Part shown: positions 1 to 9,621 of the stretch, in pieces
Layout of the letters: each line of letters begins with the position of its first letter
Position numbering within the stretch: the first letter of the stretch is position 1
DNA from: an uncultured Rickettsiales bacterium
Lineage (GTDB): Bacteria > Myxococcota_A > UBA796 > UBA9615 > CAYRNR01
DNA: 64,000 bases
Direction of reading: 5' to 3'
Assembly: GCA_964436045.1 (NCBI GenBank)
Contig: CAYTBN010000029.1
Span: 22,714 to 86,713, forward strand
Position numbers and translations under genes: made by a program
Notes under the pieces: generated by a model
Seen by the model: the letters and a program-made list of their open reading frames with translations, nothing else
What the model was told of the DNA's origin: nothing
The model's database searches: none

Positions 1-599
1 TCGGCGGCCGCTGCCACGTGGGCGCGCAGGCTGGACAGGCCCCCCTGCCGGTACAACAGGCGCAAGCCGTCGTGGTCGCCGATCTGCACCGCCAGGGTGG
101 TGCCGTCGCCATCGCTGCTGGCCACCAGCGCCAGCACCCGCTCATCGGGCTGGCACCGCCAGGCGGCGTGGGACAGGCTGCGGTAGTGATCCAGGGTCTT
201 CACGTCGCCGCGGAAACCGCCCGCCTGGAGGCGTTCGGTCTGGCGGCGGCGACGTACCGAGGCGGCCACCGTCCACAGGCCGGTCTCCTCCAGGGCCGTG
301 TCCCGCATCCAGCGGGCGCCGCGTCGCAGCAGTCGCTCCGTCCGGCTGGGGGGGACCAGGGAGGGATGGAGGCGCCCCAGGCCGTCCAGCCGCGGTGCAG
401 GTGCCAGGTGGGAGCCGAACACGACCCGGCCGACCTGCTCCAGCTGGCTGCCGGCCGTCGCCAACGCCCGGTTCGCCACCTGATCCGGGTAGCCGGGGCC
501 CGCGCCGGGATCAGCCGCCCGGTGGATGGCGACCAGCTGGCAGTCGCGCACCACCGCCGCCGCGGGTCGTTCTCCATCGGTGACACCGAGTAACAGCAT
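1..599 (-). CDS. hypothetical protein, partial (3' end beyond window start)
   Basis: Minus-strand frame reads open from ATG at 599..597 to position 1 with protein-like composition (MLLLGVTDGERPAAAVVRDCQLVAIHRAADPG...). High GC3. Not in the ORF track because no stop lies in the window. The plus-strand ORF 18..593 looks like antisense junk. Confidence 0.4.
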   Translation of the reverse strand, partial: MLLLGVTDGERPAAAVVRDCQLVAIHRAADPGAGPGYPDQVANRALATAGSQLEQVGRVVFGSHLAPAPRLDGLGRLHPSLVPPSRTERLLRRGARWMRDTALEETGLWTVAASVRRRRQTERLQAGGFRGDVKTLDHYRSLSHAAWRCQPDERVLALVASSDGDGTTLAVQIGDHDGLRLLYRQGGLSSLRAHVAAAA

Positions 600-733
600 G
601 GCTGCTCCGGCTGCTCCAGCAGCAACTGCTCCAACGGCTCACGCTGATCTGCTCGGGGGGGCTCGCTTCTGCTGCGGGCGTCCGCCCGCCAGCAGCAAGC
701 GAGCCGACTTGACCTGCAGCGTCCCGCTGCAGG

Positions 734-1621
734 TCAAGTCTCGTTGTATGGCTCGCCGCCAAGGGCCAGGTGCTGATGGATGGTTCCCACGTCGAGGGCG
801 GTCTGTCCCGGCCACTCGAAGGTCCCCATGAACATCACCTCGCCCTCCTCGAGGGTCGCGCCTGGGTAGGCGTGGATGACCTGGCCGTCGTACCAGATCG
901 AGACCTCCGGGGTGGTGGTCGCGCCGGTATCCCAGTCGTTGTGGTAGGCCACGGCCACCGCGTAGGTGCCGTCAGCCGGCTGGATCATCTGGATCGACTC
1001 GGGACCGTAGCCCGTATCCACGTCCGACAGGAAGACCGGATTGTCCAGCCCCTCCATGACCAGGCCCCAGTCCGGGGTCGGGTTGCCGAAATAGCAGTCG
1101 TTGACCGTCCAGTAGGTGCTGTTGAGGTCCTGGCCGTTGATCAGGTGCAGATCCAGATCGGTGGTGTCCGCGTCCCAGGTCAGCCGGAACTCCAGCCCCT
1201 GGATGTTGACCGCGAAGCCCGTGGCCACCGAGAGATTGGACGAGTCCCCGGCGCTCTCGCCCGCCACCTGCAGGCGCGCCATGTAGGCCCCTGGCGCCTC
1301 GGGCGTGACGGTGGTGGTCTCGCCGTGCGGATCTCCGAATCCGTCGCTGGAGCCGATCTCCCAGGAACTCTCGTCGGGCACGTCGTACCAGGTCCAGTCG
1401 AAGTCCGACGCCGGCGTGTCCACGTTGTCCACGGTGCTCTTGCTGCCGTCGAAGGTGAAGGCGATGGGGAAGGGGATCGCGGCGGTCGCCCGCAGCTCGC
1501 CGTCGGTGTCGACGATCCGCGCGACGGCGGTGGCCGACGGGACGGTCAGTTCGTACTGGACGCACCCGGATGCCGAGACCAGCAGCACAGCGAACATCAA
1601 GGGAAAGACGCGGTGTCGCAT
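734..1621 (-). CDS. secreted lipoprotein, hypothetical
   Basis: ATG start. N-terminal signal peptide with lipobox (LLVSASGC). Diverse protein-like composition. Stop TGA. Confidence 0.75.
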   Translation of the reverse strand: MRHRVFPLMFAVLLVSASGCVQYELTVPSATAVARIVDTDGELRATAAIPFPIAFTFDGSKSTVDNVDTPASDFDWTWYDVPDESSWEIGSSDGFGDPHGETTTVTPEAPGAYMARLQVAGESAGDSSNLSVATGFAVNIQGLEFRLTWDADTTDLDLHLINGQDLNSTYWTVNDCYFGNPTPDWGLVMEGLDNPVFLSDVDTGYGPESIQMIQPADGTYAVAVAYHNDWDTGATTTPEVSIWYDGQVIHAYPGATLEEGEVMFMGTFEWPGQTALDVGTIHQHLALGGEPYNET

Positions 1622-3016
1622 TCAGCCCTCCTGCCGCCCACGGCGGATGCCCAGTAGTACCAGCAGGAACAGTGCCAGCCCTGCGGACCGTCCCGGTCCC
1701 GCCCCCCGCAGGTCGCAGTTGCAGGACTTGCCGTCGCCGGGGCCGTCGACCGGCGCGTTGGCCGAGTAGGTGAAGGTCAGCGGCGGCATCGCCTCGGTGC
1801 CGGTCGAGTTGATGGCCTCGATCAGCACCACCGCTTCGTTCTCGTCACCGCTGTAGGCCGGCAGGTCGCAGCGGAAGCGGGTGCCGCTGTCCTCGAGGTT
1901 GCAGTCTGCCTCGACGCCGTCGAAGAAGACCGCCGTGGCCTCGCCGAAGTTGCCGCCGAACACGTCCACGTCGATGCCGCCCTCCAGCGGACCGATGGGC
2001 GGATCGACCTCCACCAGCTCCGGCGGCATCGTCGACATGTCCTCGTCCGAGAAGGTGTAGCCACCCATCAGGGTGTCGTCCGACGAGTCGGACCAGACCC
2101 GCACGTCCACCAGGCCCTCGGCGTGGGGCGGGGTGACCACCTGCAGCCGCTCGCTGGACAGCATCGTCGTATCGTTGACCTCGGCCCCGTCAAAACTCAC
2201 GTTGATGTCCGCGGTGAAGTCGTTGCCGTAGATCACCGTCGTCTGTCCGCCCTCCGTCGGGCCGACCTTGGGTGACAGGAAGCGCAGGCCGATGGGCTGG
2301 GCCGGGTGGGGCTCCTTCTCCTCTTCCTCACGCCACTCGAACGCGTCGAGGAAGACCGCCGAGTCGTAGATCCCGTCGTAGACGTCACCGATGACGAAGC
2401 GCAGCGTGAACTGCTCGCTTGGCACGGCCGGCGAGATGGTGGTCAGCCAGCCCGTGCCGCCCCCCCGGTATCCGCAGTCGAAACCGGTGCCGGCCAGCAG
2501 GGCCTGGTTGGTCACCGTGAACAACGCCGTGTTGACGTCGATCACGTTGCCGCCCTGGTCGAACACGATGTTGCCGTTGAAGATCGACGAGCTCTGCATG
2601 ACCGTGAAGGTGTCGTTGAACTCGCTGCCGACGTAGTCCGGGTACTCGCGCGAGAGGAAGTAGAAGTTGAACTTGAACGAGTGCATGTTCGCCGGGGCCT
2701 GGAGCGTGACCAGGATCGCCACGCTGTCACCAGCCTCGCCGGCCCCCGGCATGTCGTCGTCCTGGCAGGACGTCAGGTTGGCATGGCGTCCGGTGTAGAC
2801 CAGGCCCATCGGCGGGTAGGTGGCGGAGATCACCCCCTGGGCGCTCATGGTCCCCATCATTTCCTCGCTGCCCGGGTTCATCGTCACGTCGACGATGTCG
2901 CCCGCCGGGATACCCAGGGACTGGATCACGTCCCAGGCGGTGGCGTAGGCCAGCGCCTGGGTCGGCAGCCAGAGCGCCACGCAGGTGACGAGCAGGGCGA
3001 GGATGGATCGGCGCAT
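1622..3016 (-). CDS. secreted IPT/TIG-domain protein with MYXO-CTERM-like C-terminal sorting tail
   Basis: Signal peptide MRRSILALLVTCVALW. IPT/TIG-like segment (FLSPKVGPTEGGQTTVIYGNDF). C-terminus GKSCNCDLRGAGPG...LALFLLVLLGIRRGRQEG is a Cys/Gly region, then a hydrophobic helix, then an Arg cluster. Confidence 0.8.
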   Translation of the reverse strand: MRRSILALLVTCVALWLPTQALAYATAWDVIQSLGIPAGDIVDVTMNPGSEEMMGTMSAQGVISATYPPMGLVYTGRHANLTSCQDDDMPGAGEAGDSVAILVTLQAPANMHSFKFNFYFLSREYPDYVGSEFNDTFTVMQSSSIFNGNIVFDQGGNVIDVNTALFTVTNQALLAGTGFDCGYRGGGTGWLTTISPAVPSEQFTLRFVIGDVYDGIYDSAVFLDAFEWREEEEKEPHPAQPIGLRFLSPKVGPTEGGQTTVIYGNDFTADINVSFDGAEVNDTTMLSSERLQVVTPPHAEGLVDVRVWSDSSDDTLMGGYTFSDEDMSTMPPELVEVDPPIGPLEGGIDVDVFGGNFGEATAVFFDGVEADCNLEDSGTRFRCDLPAYSGDENEAVVLIEAINSTGTEAMPPLTFTYSANAPVDGPGDGKSCNCDLRGAGPGRSAGLALFLLVLLGIRRGRQEG

Positions 3017-3189
3017 CCCGATGTCCTTTCACGGGGCCTCCGGCCCCGGCGCGGTCCGGTCCGGACGGCATGCTAGCAGACGGTCCGGAGCCTGAACAGG
3101 AATCTGTGCCCCCGTCGTCCAGGGAGACGTGGTGCTCCCCGGATCCACGCTGAGCGTCAGTGTAGCCGGGCCTTGGCGGCCCACCAAAC

Positions 3190-3396
3190 CCGTGGACGGC
3201 GAGCTAGCCGCACTATTTTTGGAAAAAGATGTTGGCGATCCCCGAAACGGAGGGAACACTGAAGTTACAAGCGCAGGGTAATGAAAGCCAAGCGCAAATA
3301 ATCCGTGTCGGAACCGCTCGGTTTTTAACCCGCTCCCGCCCCGAGCGGTTCTTCTGGTCGGCTCGTCAACTGGGTGACGAGCCGACCATTTTTTTG
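3190..3396 (+). ncRNA. candidate small RNA or structured 3' UTR ending in an intrinsic terminator
   Basis: Locally low-GC intergenic stretch between two minus-strand genes. Two hairpins: 3311..3351 (gaaccgctcgg/ccgagcggttc) and 3356..3387 (ggtcggctcgtca/tgacgagccgacc). The second is followed by a T-run (atttttttg). Confidence 0.25.
3356..3396 (+). terminator. rho-independent terminator (perfect 13-bp stem plus T7 run)
   Basis: ggtcggctcgtca-actgg-gtgacgagccgacc followed by atttttttg. Oriented for a plus-strand transcript. Confidence 0.5.
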
Positions 3397-3398
3397 TT

Positions 3399-4706
3399 CT
3401 ATCCACCCCGTCCCCCGGGCGCGAACACGGACTCCATCCGGACCTGCCAGTCATCGATGGCGAACATGTCGTAGGCGTCGGGATGGTGGGCGTGGAGCGC
3501 GCGTAGCGCGTCCAGATCGGACCGCAGCTTGCGTAGCGCCGGGTGGTGGGATGGTGGCAGCTGTCCGCGGCGGGCGCGAATCCGGACGTTGCGGGGAACC
3601 AGCGGCCGTCCGTCGATGGCAGCCGCCCATGCGTCGGGTCCCAGCACACCGGACAGGACCATCGACTCACGGCCCGCGGGTGAGAGTGTCTGGAGCCAGC
3701 GACGCTCCAGTTGTCTTCCCGCGAGAATGCCGCCGACGCAGCGCTGGACGGTGCGGCTGGCATCGAAGAGTGAAGCCGTCGACGGCGGACGCTCGCCGGT
3801 CAACGCTGGAACGGACCTGATCAGGGCGTCGGTGGCCTTCTCGAGGGCGTCGATCTGACAGCCGAGCAGGGTGTCCAGCAGCCCGGCGGCGGCGCCGCAG
3901 GCGAGGAGCCCGTCGGCGGCGAGTCCATCCAGGGGGCGACGGCAGGGCAGCCAACGCAGCTCCGTGGCTGCTGCGGACGCGGCGGCGGAGCCGACCAGGG
4001 GCGCCAGCAGCTCCTCGGTCCGGGAACGAACCGCGCCAGGGCCTGCCGTCACCGCCACCAGAACGGGTCCGCCCGCCCGGGGTGTGCAGCGCCACGCCAG
4101 CCCGCCCTGGAGGCCCAGCACCAGCTGCGCCCGGCCGACCCAGCTGGCCTGGACGCGGTCGGGGGGTGGACTCAGCCGCGCGAACAACACGGGTTCACGG
4201 TCCGCTGATGGGACCCGGCCGCCTGGCAGCCATGGCCCCGGCAGGGCCCCCAGCAGGACCCCGGTTCCGGTGGCGTCGATGGTGAGCGACGCCCGATGTG
4301 TCGTCCCGTCTGTCAGTCGCACACCGCAGGTCCGCCCCATGGCCCGCACGGGGCCCGAGGCCGGAGCGCACTCGACGAAGCGAACCCCCGCGGCGCGGGC
4401 GCGGCTGCGCCAGGCCGCGCGCAGCCGCGTGTGGTCCACCAATCCGATTCGGGCCGTGGTCTCGACGCGGTGCTCCCCCGCCAGCAGGATGTCGACCGGC
4501 AGCGACTCCTCGACCAACACGCTGGGGGGCAGCGTGCGCGCGCGGACCCGTGGGGCGGGCAGCCAACGAATGGGCTCCGATGCGCGGGGCGTCGCGGTGT
4601 AGAGCAATCTGACCGAGGCACCGCTGCGGGCCAGGCCAGCAGCGATCGCCGTTCCGGCCAGGCCGCCGCCGACCACCTGGATCGTCCGGATCTCGTGCTG
4701 AGGCAT
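3399..4706 (-). CDS. FAD/NAD(P)-binding oxidoreductase (Rossmann GxGxxG)
   Basis: ATG at 4706..4704 (residue 261 of the track ORF). N-terminus MPQHEIRTIQVVGGGLAGTAIAAGLARSGASVRLLY is a dinucleotide-binding fold. The upstream 260 codons of the track ORF are R/S/P-rich junk. Confidence 0.7.
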   Translation of the reverse strand: MPQHEIRTIQVVGGGLAGTAIAAGLARSGASVRLLYTATPRASEPIRWLPAPRVRARTLPPSVLVEESLPVDILLAGEHRVETTARIGLVDHTRLRAAWRSRARAAGVRFVECAPASGPVRAMGRTCGVRLTDGTTHRASLTIDATGTGVLLGALPGPWLPGGRVPSADREPVLFARLSPPPDRVQASWVGRAQLVLGLQGGLAWRCTPRAGGPVLVAVTAGPGAVRSRTEELLAPLVGSAAASAAATELRWLPCRRPLDGLAADGLLACGAAAGLLDTLLGCQIDALEKATDALIRSVPALTGERPPSTASLFDASRTVQRCVGGILAGRQLERRWLQTLSPAGRESMVLSGVLGPDAWAAAIDGRPLVPRNVRIRARRGQLPPSHHPALRKLRSDLDALRALHAHHPDAYDMFAIDDWQVRMESVFAPGGRGG

Positions 4707-4812
4707 GGCGCCGCAGGGTAGCATAGGGCTCGCGGAAGGCGGTGTTCCTCGGCATGCGTAGCAGGGGGAGGGCGTTCGTGAAATAATCGACAGCGGTCGG
4801 CGTAGCCAGTAC

Positions 4813-6099
4813 ATGTCGCCCAGCAAGACCCTGGCGGGACTCGCGCCCGCGGTCGAACCCATGAGCCTGACGGAGAATCTCAAGCAGCAGATCCAGCGCC
4901 AGCCCCTGGGGGTCCAGGTAGCGCTGACCTCCGGCCTCGGCCTCCTGTTGCTCGGGACCCTCGCCATCTTCGATCCGATCCCGATCGTCGACGAGCTGGT
5001 CCTCGGCTGGCTCTTGTTCACGAGCATCTCGGCCACGTCGGGGACCCTGCAGAAACGGCGGGAGAAGTCGGAGCCGCCCCGGGTGAGCGCCTCGGTGGAC
5101 GTGCGCGCCCAGCAGGGGACCCCCGAGGCGGCCGAGGAGGATGGGGCGCTGAGTGCGGCGAAGGCCGAGGTCGGCGCGCTGGAGGGAAAACCCGGGGCCA
5201 AGACAGCGGCGGGCGTGGCCGCGGCCGGAACGGCGGCCGCGGGCGCGGGCCGGCCGGCGCCTCGACGGATCCCGGTCGGGGATGACACCTGGAAGACCTT
5301 CGAGTTGCTCCGCAAATGCCGCAAGTTGGCCCGCAGCCTGGAGGCGGATGGCTTCCCCGACGCGGGCAAGGAGCAATTGATAGCCATCGAGAAGCGAGTG
5401 GGAGAGCTCCGACGTCGGTTCAAGGAGCTGGAGCAGCTGCTACGAACCCGCGAGCTGGATCTGGGGCTGGCCGACCGCGAGATCAAGAAGCTGGACCGGC
5501 GGTTGGAGTCGGCCGGCGACGCGCTGGAGCGTGAGTCCCTGCAGCGCTCGATGGGGCACGCCGTCCATCATCGAGGGCACGTGCTCTCGGTCCTCGATGC
5601 ACGCAACCGCTACATCCTGCGATTGCAGGAACTCTACCACCACGTTCGCCAGCTGCATTCGTCGATGATGGTGATGGACAGCCCGGCCCAGATGGAGCCC
5701 GAGGAGCTGATCGAGGAGATCGACGCGCTGACGCTGTCGGTCGAGGCGGTGGAACTCGTGCGGCGGGAGGTGCAGTCGACGCTGTCGGTGGGGGCGAAGA
5801 AGGTCTCCGAGCCCGAGCCCGAGCCCGAGCCGGAGCCCGAGTCCGAGCCGGAGCCCGAGCCGGAGCCCGAGCCCGAGTCCGAGCCCGAGTCCGATCCCGA
5901 TCCCGATCCCGAGCCCGATCCCGATCCCGAGGCCGCGGCCGAGATGGACGATCACATCCGCCGCGCCGTCGAGGCCGAGCTCGCCGCGCTCGAGGTCAGG
6001 ATGGACGCAGATTCGCCGTCGGCTCCGGCCGAGGAGCCCGCGCGGGAGGAGTCTCGTCCGGATCCGCGCCGGGTGGCCCGCAAGGAACCGCAGGGTTAG
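4813..6099 (+). CDS. membrane-anchored coiled-coil protein with C-terminal EP (Glu-Pro) repeat
   Basis: Two predicted TM helices near the N-terminus. Heptad-like REL/KEL segments. (EP)n low-complexity tract encoded by a hexanucleotide repeat. Start could alternatively be the ATG at 4861. Confidence 0.65.
   Translation: MSPSKTLAGLAPAVEPMSLTENLKQQIQRQPLGVQVALTSGLGLLLLGTLAIFDPIPIVDELVLGWLLFTSISATSGTLQKRREKSEPPRVSASVDVRAQQGTPEAAEEDGALSAAKAEVGALEGKPGAKTAAGVAAAGTAAAGAGRPAPRRIPVGDDTWKTFELLRKCRKLARSLEADGFPDAGKEQLIAIEKRVGELRRRFKELEQLLRTRELDLGLADREIKKLDRRLESAGDALERESLQRSMGHAVHHRGHVLSVLDARNRYILRLQELYHHVRQLHSSMMVMDSPAQMEPEELIEEIDALTLSVEAVELVRREVQSTLSVGAKKVSEPEPEPEPEPESEPEPEPEPEPESEPESDPDPDPEPDPDPEAAAEMDDHIRRAVEAELAALEVRMDADSPSAPAEEPAREESRPDPRRVARKEPQG
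5809..5931 (+). repeat. hexanucleotide tandem repeat (GAGCCC/GAGTCC/GATCCC)n, about 20 units, encoding EPEPEP
   Basis: Direct reading of sequence 5809..5931. In frame inside CDS 4813..6099. Confidence 0.9.
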
Positions 6100-6227
6100 A
6101 CCTCCGGCAGGAACTCCTCGATGATCAGCGCGATGGCCGCCGAGGTCAGCGGCTTTCGCAGTGGCGTGGGACGGTTGCGGCAGAAGTCGACCAGCGCCGG
6201 CGGGCTGGGTGAGCGGGTGGTTCGAAC

Positions 6228-7358
6228 TCAGCTGGAGCAGTTGGGCAGATTGGGTTCGGCGACCTCATAGAGCCCGTCCGCGTCCCGCCAGTAACCCTCG
6301 GCGCCGTCGAGCACGAACGGGATGCAGGTCTGCTGCTCCGGATTACCCGGGCAGGGCTCGCAGGGAACGCCGAGCTTGTCGAGCAGGTCGCAGGTGCTTC
6401 CGGCGGCGTAGTTGTCCGGGTCATCGGTCAACAGGCCCAGCATCGCGTCCACCTGGAAGCCGTCGACCATGCCGCTGAGGCGGCCGTGGCTGATGGACTG
6501 TCCATCCGGCGAGAACTCCGCTTCCATGCCCAGCTGCATCACCGTCAGCCACTGCTCGCCATCTTCGTCCCACTGCTGCTGTCGCAGCGGGATGTCGACG
6601 TCGGTGACCGGCAAGGACAGGTGGGAGCCGTCCAGCGTCGCTGCGATCTCGCTGGTGATGTCCACCGTGACCTGGCACGAGTCCTGGTCGGCGGACATCT
6701 CGTCCATCGGGGCAGCGAGAAGGTCGACGTCGTCGCCGTCGCCGGCGGTCACCTCCAGCAGGAACGGCGGCATCTCCATCAGGTCCATCAGCGTCTCGAT
6801 ACCCGCCGGCTGGACGAGTTCACCGTGGCTCAGCTCCACGTAGTAGGTGGCGTCGGCCGGCAGATCGTCGGTCAGTGGGGTTCCCAGGACGCTGGTGGTG
6901 AACGACCAGCTGGCCGAGCAACCCGATCCATCGAGGGACGCGTGGTAGTCGGTCAACGGCTCCAGATGCAGGCTCGTGTCGTCACCGTAGGGATCGAACG
7001 TGAGCGTCAAGCCGTCGTCGGCCAGTGTCGTTTCGCCGACGATCGTCCCCTGGGGACCGCTCAGCGACAGGTCGCCCCACGCGACGGGTTCGGCGAAGAA
7101 GACCTGGACCGGATCCCGGTAGTAGGCCGTGGGGTCGCCGTCCACCGGAGCCGTGCCAGACACCAGGCAGTTGCCGTCCTCGTCGTCATCGTCGTCGTCG
7201 GCCGCGTCGTCGTCGTCGCCGGCCATGTCGTCGTCGTCCCAGCTGCCGGGCTCGTTTCCCCGGTCCTCGCTCGCGGCGAGGTCCGAGGCCGCGCAACCCG
7301 CCCCCACCAGGGGCAGCGCCAGAAGCGCCAGGCAGGTCTTCAACCACAGCGAGCGCAT
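6228..7358 (-). CDS. D-rich-linker lipoprotein, paralog A
   Basis: ATG start. Lipobox LVGAGC. Poly-Asp linker (DDDDMAGDDDDAADDDDDDEDG). The C-terminal Cys pattern CDLL..LG..CE.CP is shared with the neighbouring gene. Confidence 0.8.
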   Translation of the reverse strand: MRSLWLKTCLALLALPLVGAGCAASDLAASEDRGNEPGSWDDDDMAGDDDDAADDDDDDEDGNCLVSGTAPVDGDPTAYYRDPVQVFFAEPVAWGDLSLSGPQGTIVGETTLADDGLTLTFDPYGDDTSLHLEPLTDYHASLDGSGCSASWSFTTSVLGTPLTDDLPADATYYVELSHGELVQPAGIETLMDLMEMPPFLLEVTAGDGDDVDLLAAPMDEMSADQDSCQVTVDITSEIAATLDGSHLSLPVTDVDIPLRQQQWDEDGEQWLTVMQLGMEAEFSPDGQSISHGRLSGMVDGFQVDAMLGLLTDDPDNYAAGSTCDLLDKLGVPCEPCPGNPEQQTCIPFVLDGAEGYWRDADGLYEVAEPNLPNCSS

Positions 7359-7524
7359 GGTCGCACTCCTTCCGTTCCTCCGACCCGCCGATGCTGCAGG
7401 TTCCGCGCCAGCGCGGAGGTGAAGAAGGTGCCCTCGGGAAAAAAAGCCGCCCCGGACGATGCCCGGGGCGGCTCACTCTCACGTCACGTGGCGGTCGGTC
7501 TGGGACCGTTCCGCCGCGGCTCGA

Positions 7525-8619
7525 CTACTCGGCGCAGGAAGGCCAACCCGCGATGTCATCCGCCGACACCTCCTGCAGGGTGGTGAACTCCTCAGCCGTC
7601 TCCGGGTGGTAGGCCAGCACGGACACTACCTCGCTGACGATGCCGTATGCGCTGACGGTCAGGCAGTAGGGGCCGGAGCCGTCCGGGCAATCCTCGCACA
7701 CGATGCCGAGGCTACCCAGCAGGTCGCAAGCCGCGCCCTCTTCCGCGCCCGGATCGATCAGGTCGTCGAGCACGCGGGTGTCCATCTGACCGTCGAAGGT
7801 GCCGCCGACCATCGCCGCGCCGTCGGGGGTGAAGGCTCCGCCGATCATCAGGTCGATGATGGTGGCCTCGTAGGTCTCGATGGCGATGTTGAAGTCGGTC
7901 GGGCCGATCTGCATGTAGGGATCGTCGAAGGTGCCACCGGGGAACTCGAGGGTCTCGGTGCACATGTCCTGGACGTAGTCGTTGCCGTCCTTGTCGACGA
8001 TGCCGCCGTAGACCTCGATGCTGCCGGCGCCGGCGTCGATGTCGGCCACGTGGAAGATCACGTAGACATCGGCGATGTACTGGCTCAGCAGGCTGCCCAC
8101 GCCCGGAGGCTCGGTGAAGGTCGCCGAACCCAGGTCGAGGAAGTAGTCGCCGCCCTCGATGGCGCCGGTGTCCGTGCCCGTCCCGACCTCGGAGGTCGCG
8201 AAGTTGAGCATGACGTCGTCGTGGCCGTCCCAGCTGATGGTCGCCGTGAAGTCGGTCGACGGCGCCAGGTCGCTGTCCGGATCGAAGGTCAGGATGGTGG
8301 CATTGTCGTTCATCGAGTTGGCACCCGAGACCGCACCGCCACTGCCGTCGGCCAGGGCCACACCCGCACCGGCCACCTCATCGGTGAACTCGATGATGAT
8401 GTTGCCCTTGTAGTAGAAGTCCGAGTCACCTTCCTGGGGGTCGGTGCTCTTGATCTCCGCCATGTCGTCGTCGTCGTCGTCGTCGTCGGTGGCGTCGTCA
8501 TCGTCGCCAGTCGCGTCGTCGTCGTCGTCGTCTCCCGAAGGACAGCCTGTGAACATGGCCAATGACAGGCCCATCAGACCGACCAACAGAAGGAGCCAAA
8601 GGTTTTTCGTTGTATGCAT
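7525..8619 (-). CDS. D-rich-linker lipoprotein, paralog B
   Basis: ATG with RBS GGAGAGAGG upstream. Lipobox FTGC. Poly-Asp linker. Same C-terminal Cys motif as 6228..7358 (tandem duplication). Confidence 0.8.
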   Translation of the reverse strand: MHTTKNLWLLLLVGLMGLSLAMFTGCPSGDDDDDDATGDDDDATDDDDDDDDMAEIKSTDPQEGDSDFYYKGNIIIEFTDEVAGAGVALADGSGGAVSGANSMNDNATILTFDPDSDLAPSTDFTATISWDGHDDVMLNFATSEVGTGTDTGAIEGGDYFLDLGSATFTEPPGVGSLLSQYIADVYVIFHVADIDAGAGSIEVYGGIVDKDGNDYVQDMCTETLEFPGGTFDDPYMQIGPTDFNIAIETYEATIIDLMIGGAFTPDGAAMVGGTFDGQMDTRVLDDLIDPGAEEGAACDLLGSLGIVCEDCPDGSGPYCLTVSAYGIVSEVVSVLAYHPETAEEFTTLQEVSADDIAGWPSCAE

Positions 8620-8850
8620 ACCTAACCTCTCTCCGCTGTGGAGGCCCGTCCGAGCCCCTGCGTTCTTGCCCCGTTTCTTGAGTTATCTAGCCCAGTTGCG
8701 CGGGATTGCCCCTGCCCGCGCCGGGTCGGACGATATCCAATCGACCCTTCCCTGTCAATTTGGGTTTTCATTATGCTGATCGCCATTTTCCCGGTTGCGG
8801 GCGAAGTTCTGCCCGAATTGGTAGGCTCGACGAACTGGAGGTGGTCCCCG

Positions 8851-9621
8851 ATGGCGCCCGGCATCCCGCTGCTCCGCCCGACGACCTTCGAGGATCCTCG
8901 TGTGCGCGCGGTCTTCTCCACCCGTGTGGGCGGCGTGAGCGAGGCGCCCTTCGACGCGCTGAACCTGTCGTCGCGGGAGGACGACAGGGGGGCGGTGGCC
9001 GAGAACCTGCTGCGCTTCTGCCGGGCGGCGGAGTTCAGGCGCTGTCCCCCGGCCGTGCAGCGGCAGGTCCACGGCTCCGCGGTCGCGTGGGTCGGCGGCG
9101 ATGACGGCCCCGAAGCCGGAGAGCTGCGTGAGCGGGACGGCGACGGCCTGATCACCCGCCAGCCGGGCCAGGCGCTGGCTGTGCAGGTCGCAGACTGCGT
9201 GCCCGTTCTGCTCTGGGACCCCGGCCACGGCGTGGTGGCGGCGGTGCACGCCGGCTGGCGGGGCACGGCGGCGGCCATCGTCCGCGTCGCGCTGGAGTCG
9301 ATGATTCGTCGGGCCCGCACGAACCCGCGTGACCTCCGCGTCGCCCTGGGGCCGTCCATCGGTGGGTGCTGCTACCGGGTCGGCCCCGAGGTGGTCGAGG
9401 CGCTGAAGCGGATCGCACCGGCAGAGGTCGTCCTGGCAGACGAAGGCGAGCGACGGGTGGACCTCCGGGCGGTCAACCGCTGGCTGCTGCGGTCGGAGGG
9501 AGTGCTGGAGGAGTCCATCGAAGACGTCGGCGGCTGTACCTGCTGTGATGCGACCCTGTTCTCGTACCGCCGGGACGGCCCGCGGACCGGGCGACTGATG
9601 GGTGCCATCGAGCTGCGATGA
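8851..9621 (+). CDS. pgeF: peptidoglycan editing factor PgeF (YfiH/DUF152, purine nucleoside phosphorylase-like)
   Basis: Family hallmarks are present: ADCVPVLL, HAGWRG, GPSIGGCCY, CTCC..FSYRRDG. ATG at 8851 preceded by GGAGGTG. The track ORF begins earlier at 8638. Confidence 0.85.
   Translation: MAPGIPLLRPTTFEDPRVRAVFSTRVGGVSEAPFDALNLSSREDDRGAVAENLLRFCRAAEFRRCPPAVQRQVHGSAVAWVGGDDGPEAGELRERDGDGLITRQPGQALAVQVADCVPVLLWDPGHGVVAAVHAGWRGTAAAIVRVALESMIRRARTNPRDLRVALGPSIGGCCYRVGPEVVEALKRIAPAEVVLADEGERRVDLRAVNRWLLRSEGVLEESIEDVGGCTCCDATLFSYRRDGPRTGRLMGAIELR

Noticed and set aside
18-593. 191-aa plus-strand ORF at the window start
   Set aside because: Q/R/G/A-rich antisense-like composition. The opposite strand carries a more convincing partial gene (1..599).
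3229-3474. 81-aa plus-strand ORF in the low-GC intergenic region
   Set aside because: It overlaps the intrinsic terminator and the downstream gene end, and it has no RBS. It is treated as non-coding sRNA-candidate sequence.
4707-5486. N-terminal 260 codons of track ORF 3399..5486, and the overlapping ORFs 4195..5376 and 3667..4095
   Set aside because: R/S/P-rich low-complexity translation with no Rossmann or other motifs. The real gene starts at the ATG at 4706 (GxGxxG immediately follows).
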